A stretch of 64,000 nt of DNA from positions 1 through 64,000 of the IMG/VR virus record IMGVR_UViG_3300020411_000980; one strand, given 5' to 3'. The notes beneath the pieces were generated by a model that had not been told where the DNA came from, made no database searches, and worked only from the letters and a program-made list of their open reading frames with translations. Shown piece after piece: positions 20,114-26,542 of the stretch. Each line of letters opens with the position of its first letter. Within the stretch, counting starts at the first letter, position 1. Source of the stretch: a virus (Duplodnaviria; Caudoviricetes). Position numbers and translations under genes: made by a program.

Positions 20114-20770
20114 TCAAAGTCCTACGTTAAATGTTAAACTAATACGGTTACCTTCGTTGTTTTGTTGATACCCTCGCACCATATTTGACGGATATAAACA
20201 TAAACAACCCTCTGTAATTGGTACTGTTCCATCTAACATATTAAAAGGGGTAATTTGTGTTTGATTGTATTGAATAACTGGGTAATGAGTTGATGTTACA
20301 TTGCGTTTAAATTGCAAAGGCGAATGTAAATTAACATCCCAATTTACAAAATAAGTTGCACTATAAAGGCAATTACTTTGTTCGTGTGGTGCATACATTC
20401 CTCCCTTATTTGTCAATTCTAAAGTATCATCAATTATATTAGGATTGTCTCCTAGATCATAACATAGTGCTTTAGAGTTAATATCAACAACTGCTTCAAT
20501 TATATCCTCCTTAAGTGTTACAAACTGTTCTAGGTTAAGTAAACCTAATTGACCTAATTGTAGCACTCCTGAGTTAATATCTTTCCTGGAACTGTTTGTG
20601 ACATCTTCAGGGGATAATTTACTGATATAATCTAAAATAGTTGCTTTATGTTGTTGATGATTAGTAAGGGATTTTACCCCTACTGGTGTCATAAACATAC
20701 CATAAACTGTAGTGGCATTCTTATCACTTATGGTTGAAAGATCGTCCGATAAAATGTTAGGATCAGTCAT
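20114..20770 (-). CDS. 2OG-Fe(II) oxygenase-like protein, degenerate metal triad
   Basis: APHEQSN..SATYFV..LYPSNMVRGY..RISLTFN; start placed at MTDPN because the upstream extension overlaps a hairpin and promoter. Confidence 0.7.
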   Translation of the reverse strand: MTDPNILSDDLSTISDKNATTVYGMFMTPVGVKSLTNHQQHKATILDYISKLSPEDVTNSSRKDINSGVLQLGQLGLLNLEQFVTLKEDIIEAVVDINSKALCYDLGDNPNIIDDTLELTNKGGMYAPHEQSNCLYSATYFVNWDVNLHSPLQFKRNVTSTHYPVIQYNQTQITPFNMLDGTVPITEGCLCLYPSNMVRGYQQNNEGNRISLTFNVGL

Positions 20771-20792
20771 AAATTGAGTATGCGTTAATAAT

Positions 20793-20819
20793 AAAAAAGA
20801 GGGGTGTTTTATACCCCTC
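20793..20819 (-). terminator. Stem-loop with T tract
   Basis: GAGGGGT-6nt-ACCCCTC followed by TTTTTT on the minus strand. Confidence 0.6.
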
Positions 20820-20849
20820 ATTATATATCATAGTTTACAACCCTGTCAA
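20820..20849 (-). promoter_or_regulatory. sigma70-type promoter TTGACA-N18-TATAAT
   Basis: tgtcaa at 20844-20849; attata at 20820-20825. Confidence 0.6.
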
Positions 20850-20974
20850 CGTTTGTTAGACTTAACCCGATCATTTATTAAGAAGTAATACTTAATAATT
20901 GGGGTAGGATTGCAAAGTTGCTTGTAAGTCTCTTCAGTCATTTTGTAATTAGTTTGTGACATTTTGGTTAGTGA

Positions 20975-21118
20975 TTAGTCAATGATAATGTTAGTGACAA
21001 TTTCAAATACTTCAGGTTGAGTATTATTTTGTCTTGCATATGCTTCGAGGAAAATGTCAGTAACTGTTTCAAGTTCCTCATCCGTGAAAGCATCATATAG
21101 ATCAAAAGTCTGTGACAT
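20975..21118 (-). CDS. Small acidic hypothetical protein (47 aa)
   Basis: Manual translation MSQTFDLYDAFTDEELET...; start overlaps the upstream stop. Confidence 0.55.
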   Translation of the reverse strand: MSQTFDLYDAFTDEELETVTDIFLEAYARQNNTQPEVFEIVTNIIID

Positions 21119-21435
21119 TAGATTGCCACCTCGTAACCTGAAATGAAATCCTCAGATCCATTGCGTGTAGATACGAACCACTCCCAATTCTTTTGAAATA
21201 CGGATGTGCCATAAGCAAATTCGTAGCAAAGAGCGTTTAGACGTGATTTCGTGGTGTTTGACTGCCAACCGCCATCAAATAGTGTAACAACTGACTGAGA
21301 GATTTTACCGATTAGATTAGAATGAAGATAAACAAGAGCATCATTTTCAGGTGTGATTTCAACCCTAGTGTTACCTGATTGCCAGTTAACTCTGTTTCTT
21401 GCTGCTCTGTTCATTGCTGCTTCAATCTTTCTCAT
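21118..21435 (-). CDS. Hypothetical early protein
   Basis: 105 aa, MRKIEAAMNRA..FDGGWQSNTTKSRLNAL; has its own promoter cassette. Confidence 0.75.
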   Translation of the reverse strand: MRKIEAAMNRAARNRVNWQSGNTRVEITPENDALVYLHSNLIGKISQSVVTLFDGGWQSNTTKSRLNALCYEFAYGTSVFQKNWEWFVSTRNGSEDFISGYEVAI

Positions 21436-21464
21436 AATGTTGAATCCTTGTTTGTTACTCTCTT

Positions 21465-21522
21465 ATTATAAAGGAAAAACCCCTCGTTGAGAGGGGTTAG
21501 TGTGCACTAATTCAACTGTCAC
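21465..21522 (-). promoter_or_regulatory. Early promoter cassette: 22-bp box + terminator hairpin + TATAAT
   Basis: Box GTGACAGTTGAATTAGTGCACA at 21501-21522; hairpin AACCCCTC/GAGGGGTT; -10 at 21465-21470. Confidence 0.7.
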
Positions 21523-21629
21523 CCTACTGGGTAGAGTTCATCAAGTAACGCTAGAATGTCGTTACCTGTATCACATTCATTAAACAATTCAAGTAAATAA
21601 GGGTTGTTTTCAAGAATTGATTCAGTCAT
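21519..21629 (-). CDS. Small acidic hypothetical protein (36 aa)
   Basis: Manual translation MTESILENNPYLLELFNECDTGNDILALLDELYPVG. Confidence 0.5.
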   Translation of the reverse strand: MTESILENNPYLLELFNECDTGNDILALLDELYPVG

Positions 21630-21646
21630 TTTAAAGATGCAAGTTT

Positions 21647-21712
21647 ACATTTAGTGGACTTACATATAGAGATCGGTATATTGACCTCACCTAATGCCAC
21701 TCTGTTAAATGT
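21647..21712 (-). ncRNA. Candidate structured RNA (nested stems), unassigned
   Basis: ACAUUUA/UAAAUGU, GUGG/CCAC and GAGGUC/GAUCUC nested pairings in an intergenic gap. Confidence 0.4.
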
Positions 21713-21715
21713 TAA

Positions 21716-21928
21716 TTAGTCCTCAAACATACTCTCTAAATGTTCTAAAAACATCCAACTATAGTTACCGTCCTCTGGGTCAATTCCGTCCACTAAGTAT
21801 TCTAAACATAGTGCTTCTGCATTGCGTGGGTTATTATTATCAACGTGTACTTTCATACGATTGTAATAAGTTTCAGCAATGAGATCAATGGATTGTTCTC
21901 TCTCTGGGTTTAACTTTTGAGTGCTCAT
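21716..21928 (-). CDS. Hypothetical protein
   Basis: 70-aa ORF overlapping the upstream stop (ATGA). Confidence 0.65.
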   Translation of the reverse strand: MSTQKLNPEREQSIDLIAETYYNRMKVHVDNNNPRNAEALCLEYLVDGIDPEDGNYSWMFLEHLESMFED

Positions 21929-22443
21929 AATACTTTAGTACCAAATTGTTGGATGAGTTTGTTAGAAATAGTGTACCCAAGTCTGGGGTCTTTCTTATTA
22001 CCAACTGTCTTAAATTGTCTCTCTAGGTTATCAATTAAGATGCGTAATACGTCATCAGCATTCATAACCCAAATCTCAACTACCTTGCCTAAATGATAAC
22101 GTGCAAAGTAATGTTTGTGATACTTTCCTATCTTATCTTCCTGGAGATACTTAACCTGATCCTCCCAAGTGTTTTGTACACTTATGCCGTTATATGTTGC
22201 TGTGAGTTTCTTACCAATAGTTGACTTATATTCAACTGGTAAGTTATTCTCATCATAGGCATCTGCACCTGATAAAGTATCACTAACTCGGTGCCCAAGT
22301 ATGCTCGCTAAATGTATCTCTCTGCTGCGTGCATAACTGAAAGGATCTCCCCAGTTATTTTCCTCGCAAAGTTGATACATTGCTTCGAACAGTTGTTGAT
22401 ACTTTGCTTCGGGTGATTGCATCTTCTCAATAATAACATTCAT
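21925..22443 (-). CDS. Putative PD-(D/E)xK restriction-endonuclease-like protein
   Basis: REIHLASILG..GADAYD..VEYKST catalytic-motif spacing. Confidence 0.55.
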   Translation of the reverse strand: MNVIIEKMQSPEAKYQQLFEAMYQLCEENNWGDPFSYARSREIHLASILGHRVSDTLSGADAYDENNLPVEYKSTIGKKLTATYNGISVQNTWEDQVKYLQEDKIGKYHKHYFARYHLGKVVEIWVMNADDVLRILIDNLERQFKTVGNKKDPRLGYTISNKLIQQFGTKVL

Positions 22444-22682
22444 TAGAACATCACCTCATTGAATTGGATAGGGTCATCAAGTAGCATATCAACTGCATTT
22501 GAGACCATAAGACGGATTTGTCTAAATGTGTCAATCTTGATGCTATCTCTGTCAAAGTTGTCACATAGGTCAATTACTTGGTTGACTGTGTTGGATATTT
22601 CTTTGACTGAGATAGAATCACCTCTGTCATATCCTGAGAAATTGTTTCTTACAACTGTTGGGACTGCATCAAATAAATTCAT
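22443..22682 (-). CDS. Hypothetical protein
   Basis: 79 aa; AGGAG RBS upstream. Confidence 0.7.
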   Translation of the reverse strand: MNLFDAVPTVVRNNFSGYDRGDSISVKEISNTVNQVIDLCDNFDRDSIKIDTFRQIRLMVSNAVDMLLDDPIQFNEVMF

Positions 22683-22704
22683 TTAAACTCCTGTGAAATT
22701 AAAG

Positions 22705-22815
22705 TGTGGGAATGACCTAGTAATTCCGTGCTTTCTCTTCTTAGAAGCAGTTCACGGATCTTTAGACCTAGATCTTCGTATCCACGTTAGTGGTGGAATC
22801 GAACCACCCCCCACA
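22705..22815 (-). ncRNA. Candidate 111-nt structured RNA containing a tRNA-like T-arm
   Basis: Closing stem UGUGGG/CCCACA; GGUGG-UUCGAUU-CCACC; GAUCU/AGAUC; CCGUG/CACGG; begins at the predicted TSS. Confidence 0.5.
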
Positions 22816-22821
22816 TTTATT

Positions 22822-22879
22822 AATATACTCGATTTTAGGGTTGAATGGGGTTTTGGTGTGTCAGTTCTTCAAGTGTCCT
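22822..22879 (-). promoter_or_regulatory. Early promoter with 22-bp box
   Basis: Box AGGACACTTGAAGAACTGACAC at 22858-22879; -10 TATATT at 22822-22827. Confidence 0.6.
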
Positions 22880-22987
22880 GTTCCTATCTTCCCAAGTGTC
22901 AACCATTGTGCTATTAAGTACATTGATGAGTATGTTAGCACCCATCAGGATACAAAAGCAACCAAATACAAATCTAATCACGTTCAT
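22835..22987 (-). CDS. Small membrane protein (50 aa)
   Basis: Manual translation MNVIRFVFGCFCILMGANILINVLNS...; hydrophobic N-terminus. Confidence 0.5.
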   Translation of the reverse strand: MNVIRFVFGCFCILMGANILINVLNSTMVDTWEDRNRTLEELTHQNPIQP

Positions 22988-23159
22988 TAATCCTCCAATA
23001 GTCTAAGTTTGTTGCAATGGCAACACCACACACATAAAGAGCGTATGCACCTCCAACAATAACAAATATTTCAACCATTGTCAATTTCCTCCTTAATGTT
23101 GATTTGAAATGAAAATTTGTCGTGGTCATCAAATAGACCACAATTTGCAATAGTATCAA
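22974..23159 (-). CDS. Small membrane protein (likely start MVEIFV)
   Basis: Hydrophobic stretch; GGAGG RBS before the internal ATG. Confidence 0.5.
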   Translation of the reverse strand: MILLQIVVYLMTTTNFHFKSTLRRKLTMVEIFVIVGGAYALYVCGVAIATNLDYWRINERD

Positions 23160-23280
23160 ATATAATTTCTGATACTACTCTTAAATCCTCTGGTAGTAGG
23201 TTACCATTGAGATTAATGGTTCCGTCATCATTGTAATTAATCTCACCATTAAATCCATCTGGCATTAAATCGTCTCTCAT
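23071..23280 (-). CDS. Hypothetical protein
   Basis: ORF track; packed gene array. Confidence 0.6.
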   Translation of the reverse strand: MRDDLMPDGFNGEINYNDDGTINLNGNLLPEDLRVVSEIIFDTIANCGLFDDHDKFSFQINIKEEIDNG

Positions 23281-23284
23281 AAGT

Positions 23285-23416
23285 TTAGTCCATTAATTTT
23301 TCAAAGAATGTTTCGATCTCTTTTGGTAGATCATCAATCATACCAGTATCTCTTAAGAGATCATATAATTTAATGAGTTGATATTGCTCATCAAATGTTA
23401 TTTCAAATTTGTTCAT
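23285..23416 (-). CDS. Small hypothetical protein (43 aa)
   Basis: Manual translation MNKFEITFDEQYQLIKLYDLLRDTG...; AGGAGG RBS. Confidence 0.6.
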   Translation of the reverse strand: MNKFEITFDEQYQLIKLYDLLRDTGMIDDLPKEIETFFEKLMD

Positions 23417-23616
23417 TAATATTCCTCCTTAGCATAAAATGGGGTTAACTTCTCAACTTCTAGGTTATAACCTAGCACCTTAGCATTAACTTCATTTTCA
23501 TCAAGTAAATGATTATTAGAGTTTAAATATGCTTGAATTTCTTCACATAAATGAAGAGGATTTACTCCCTCTGAATCACATTCAATGCGAACTGAAAAGT
23601 TTAAAATCATTGGCAT
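23416..23616 (-). CDS. Hypothetical protein
   Basis: ORF track; packed gene array. Confidence 0.6.
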   Translation of the reverse strand: MPMILNFSVRIECDSEGVNPLHLCEEIQAYLNSNNHLLDENEVNAKVLGYNLEVEKLTPFYAKEEY

Positions 23617-23789
23617 AACTCCTCAAAACGTCTTTGTGCTTCATTAGCAATTTCAGGTAAATAACCTAGATCAGAATTCTGATCGAGTGCATCTAACTGA
23701 TCGAATGTTAGATTATGCTCCTTAGCGTAGTCAATCCACGCTTCATCATAGCAAGTTTCTAGTAGTGTCTCGTGATGTAAAACTGACAT
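23607..23789 (-). CDS. Hypothetical protein
   Basis: MSVLHHETLLETCYDEAW..RRFEELCQ; GGAGG RBS. Confidence 0.7.
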   Translation of the reverse strand: MSVLHHETLLETCYDEAWIDYAKEHNLTFDQLDALDQNSDLGYLPEIANEAQRRFEELCQ

Positions 23790-23947
23790 TAGTTGTTGAC
23801 CTCCTTAGCGTCAAGTACTGCATCCCATAGGGAATCGAATTCAGTTGAGTCCTCGCAATGCTCTTGCAAGTCTAGATCAGCGATTGAAGAGAATAGATCC
23901 ACAAGTAGTGAATGCTGCTGATCGGAAAGTGTGATTGTTTTGTTCAT
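23789..23947 (-). CDS. Small acidic hypothetical protein (52 aa)
   Basis: Manual translation MNKTITLSDQQHSLLVDLFSSIADLDLQEHCED... Confidence 0.6.
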   Translation of the reverse strand: MNKTITLSDQQHSLLVDLFSSIADLDLQEHCEDSTEFDSLWDAVLDAKEVNN

Positions 23948-23955
23948 ATTCTTAT

Positions 23956-24010
23956 ATTACACGAAATTTGGTAGGTTTGGTGATTTAGTAGACACTTTAC
24001 GAACTGGTTC
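23956..24010 (-). promoter_or_regulatory. Early promoter with 22-bp box
   Basis: Box GAACCAGTTCGTAAAGTGTCTA at 23989-24010; -10-like TGTAAT at 23956-23961. Confidence 0.55.
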
Positions 24011-24247
24011 TTCTGTGATCCATCCACCTTGCTTTATTGCTCTTGACTCTATTACAATGTTACGCACACGCTCTCTGTCAAGTGAATCACCATCACCCCA
24101 CTCAATATCGGATGATGCACATAGGTCAAGATACTTGAGAGTTGCAAGTGCTAACTCTTCCTCTGTTAGTTTATCGATAGGATAGAGTCCATCAACGTCA
24201 TTGTAGAATGACATACAGTAATCAATAAATTCAGCGAAGTTGTTCAT
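23957..24247 (-). CDS. Hypothetical early protein
   Basis: FIDYCMSFY..GLYP..WGDGDSLDRERVR; has its own promoter cassette. Confidence 0.7.
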   Translation of the reverse strand: MNNFAEFIDYCMSFYNDVDGLYPIDKLTEEELALATLKYLDLCASSDIEWGDGDSLDRERVRNIVIESRAIKQGGWITEEPVRKVSTKSPNLPNFV

Positions 24248-24269
24248 AAAATTCCTTAACTATTATCAT

Positions 24270-24326
24270 ATTACATTAAAAAACCCCTACTGAGTAGGGG
24301 TTGTGTGTCAGTAATTCAAGTGGTCT
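24270..24326 (-). promoter_or_regulatory. Early promoter cassette: 22-bp box + terminator hairpin + -10
   Basis: Box AGACCACTTGAATTACTGACAC at 24305-24326; AACCCCTAC/GTAGGGGTT hairpin with T tract; TGTAAT at 24270-24275. Confidence 0.65.
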
Positions 24327-24657
24327 AGTTGAATGCTCTGTTGTATGAATTCTTGCAATAATCAATAACTTGTAGAGATTGCTTTGCAAGATACTCATAA
24401 CCAACTTTGAGATCCTTGCCTAACTCGTTGATCTCATACTGATGAATTGACCAACGTGCTTTGATGTCCTGAATGTACTGATCTCTGGAAATCAACTCAA
24501 CTTGTGGACGTGACACTTGTGGAATTGCAACTACCTTATTTAGTTTAGGTGTTGCTGCCTTAGTCCTCTTTGTGACAGTCTTTGAAGCGGTTGTTGCTTT
24601 GCGTCTTGCTCTCTTGCGTGGTGTTGTGGTCGCTTGAGTAGCAGTTGCAGTTGGCAT
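24325..24657 (-). CDS. Hypothetical protein with Lys/Arg/Thr-rich N-terminus
   Basis: TTPRKRARRKATTASKTVTKRTKAATPK. Confidence 0.7.
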   Translation of the reverse strand: MPTATATQATTTPRKRARRKATTASKTVTKRTKAATPKLNKVVAIPQVSRPQVELISRDQYIQDIKARWSIHQYEINELGKDLKVGYEYLAKQSLQVIDYCKNSYNRAFN

Positions 24658-24685
24658 AGAGATCTAAAATCGTGTGAACTCCCTA

Positions 24686-24742
24686 ATTATAATGACTTAT
24701 GAGTCAAATGGGTGTAAATGTGTTCAGTTTATCAACTGGTAC
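24686..24742 (-). promoter_or_regulatory. Early promoter with 22-bp box
   Basis: Box GTACCAGTTGATAAACTGAACA at 24721-24742; TATAAT at 24686-24691. Confidence 0.65.
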
Positions 24743-25638
24743 AGTCCTAATCGCTTCTGAACTAGGTTAGAATAGTCATTGTGTAACTCACATCCGATAT
24801 AGTAACGTCCGAGATCCTTTGCCACCATTGCAGTTGTGCCTGATCCCATAAATGGATCAAGAATTATGTCATTTTGTGAAGATCCTGCTTTAATACAAGG
24901 TTCTATCAAATCAGGTGGGAAAGTAGCGAAGTGAGCACCTTTATAAGGTTTGGACGTGACTGACCACACACTTCTCTTATTCTTTTTAGGATATGATTTA
25001 GTCAATCCTGAATGTGGTTGTAGTCCAGTTCCTTTATTGTGATACTTGCCATTGCTGCGGTCTCTGGTTCCCCAGTCCTTAGCAGGTTCTTTGATTGCTT
25101 CATTATCATAGTAATATCTCTTATTCTTTGATAATAAAAAGATATACTCGTGAGATTTGGTGCATCTATCCTTAACTGATTCGGGCATAGGGTTAGGTTT
25201 ATGCCAAATAATATCTTGACGTAGGAACCATCCATCATCCCTTAAAGCGAATGCTAACATCCAAGGGATGCCAATTAAATCTTTGGATTTTAAATTGTCA
25301 AACTTATTACCTCTGACTGGTGTGAACTGTGGTAGATCCTGATTAGTCTTAGATACTGATTGCTTAGGATAATTACCATCTGACCTATAATTATAATATG
25401 TGTCACCTATGTTCACCCATAGTGTACCATCATCCGTGAGCACATCACGAACTAACCTGAATACTTCAACTAATTGTTTAATGTACTCTTCAGGTGATTG
25501 CTCTAGACCAATTTGATTGTCCTCATCACCATAGTTCCTTAAACCATAATAAGGCGGTGATGTTACACACATCCTCGCCTTACTATCAATTTGTTTGAGA
25601 GTCTCACGACAATCTCCATATAATATGGTATCTTTCAT
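24724..25638 (-). CDS. DNA methyltransferase, N4-cytosine/N6-adenine beta class
   Basis: TSPPY motif IV before DPFMGSGTT motif I; HFATFP; IIWHKPNPMP. Confidence 0.95.
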   Translation of the reverse strand: MKDTILYGDCRETLKQIDSKARMCVTSPPYYGLRNYGDEDNQIGLEQSPEEYIKQLVEVFRLVRDVLTDDGTLWVNIGDTYYNYRSDGNYPKQSVSKTNQDLPQFTPVRGNKFDNLKSKDLIGIPWMLAFALRDDGWFLRQDIIWHKPNPMPESVKDRCTKSHEYIFLLSKNKRYYYDNEAIKEPAKDWGTRDRSNGKYHNKGTGLQPHSGLTKSYPKKNKRSVWSVTSKPYKGAHFATFPPDLIEPCIKAGSSQNDIILDPFMGSGTTAMVAKDLGRYYIGCELHNDYSNLVQKRLGLYQLIN

Positions 25639-25639
25639 A

Positions 25640-25759
25640 TTATTCTTTTAGGTTGCCTTCTTCATCATACCACTCATCAGTCACATTTTCAAGTTCAACA
25701 CCTGTGCCGATCTTTAATGTGTCTCGTGCTATGAGTTCTTTGTATTCTTCAATGGTCAT
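25640..25759 (-). CDS. Small hypothetical protein (39 aa)
   Basis: Manual translation MTIEEYKELIARDTLKIG...; coupled to both neighbours. Confidence 0.5.
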   Translation of the reverse strand: MTIEEYKELIARDTLKIGTGVELENVTDEWYDEEGNLKE

Positions 25760-25935
25760 TACTCTCCGTGCTCCGCTACGAGATCCCACACCTTACCATA
25801 TTGCTCTAACCAATTCTCTTGATACTTTGTTAGAGTAATTTGATAGTTGTGACGTAGGTCATCTGCTGACTGGAATGGTAAACCATTGTTTGAACAGAAG
25901 TTGTTCAAGACTGTTGTCAAAAACTGTAAAGTCAT
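25759..25935 (-). CDS. Small hypothetical protein (58 aa)
   Basis: Manual translation MTLQFLTTVLNNFCSNNGLPFQSADDL...; GGAG RBS. Confidence 0.6.
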   Translation of the reverse strand: MTLQFLTTVLNNFCSNNGLPFQSADDLRHNYQITLTKYQENWLEQYGKVWDLVAEHGE

Positions 25936-25957
25936 CAAATCTCCAATAAATGTTTGG

Positions 25958-26019
25958 TATGGAAGAGGTTCGAATTAAAGAGCATTTTCCTCTGGGGTCG
26001 CTCACCCTTGCCTTCCATA
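25958..26019 (-). ncRNA. Candidate 62-nt three-way-junction RNA / structured 5' leader
   Basis: UAUGGAAG/CUUCCAUA closing stem, GGGU/ACCC and AGAG/CUCU hairpins; starts at the predicted TSS. Confidence 0.45.
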
Positions 26020-26024
26020 TATTC

Positions 26025-26081
26025 ATTATACACAAAAAAACTGCCTAACAACCTAATGTTAGACAGTTTAATGACTGGCAC
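26025..26081 (-). promoter_or_regulatory. Early promoter cassette: 22-bp box + terminator hairpin + TATAAT
   Basis: Box GTGCCAGTCATTAAACTGTCTA at 26060-26081; hairpin with T tract; TATAAT at 26025-26030. Confidence 0.7.
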
Positions 26082-26092
26082 ATATTATGTTA

Positions 26093-26512
26093 TTATCCCC
26101 ATCCAAATTGGTTAACTTTATCAAAGAATGCTGCACGATATGTGTCACCTAATGAATTGGCATCCACATAGGGGTCACTTGTTGACTTTCTTACATATCC
26201 TTCATTGTCACCACTCGTGCCTTCTATTATTCCCCATACTTTAGTATGTCCACCTCTATCAACTGGTGCTGTTGCTTTGATGACTACATCATCACCACTT
26301 GATGCATCTTCTTTAGTAAATGTCCAAGTGACACTAGCGTCATCCGCTTCGATCTTTGCTTTCTTATTTGTAAAGCGATATTCTGCTGCTCCCTGTTGAG
26401 CACTAACTCTTGCAATGCTATCATTTACTGCTTTGAGTCTATATGCCTTAGCATTCGCTGATAGTTGTGCAAGTAATAAATCTGCCCAATTATTTACTTG
26501 AGTAGTTGCCAT
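26093..26512 (-). CDS. Hypothetical protein preceded by a late promoter
   Basis: 139 aa; TATAAATA at 26544-26551. Confidence 0.7.
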   Translation of the reverse strand: MATTQVNNWADLLLAQLSANAKAYRLKAVNDSIARVSAQQGAAEYRFTNKKAKIEADDASVTWTFTKEDASSGDDVVIKATAPVDRGGHTKVWGIIEGTSGDNEGYVRKSTSDPYVDANSLGDTYRAAFFDKVNQFGWG

Positions 26513-26542
26513 TGTTAAATCCTAATTAATACTGTGCCTGAT

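Noticed and set aside
22792-22808. tRNA gene suggested by GGTTCGATTCC
   Set aside because: No upstream D or anticodon arm and no 7-bp acceptor stem in tRNA geometry; reported as an unassigned structured RNA instead
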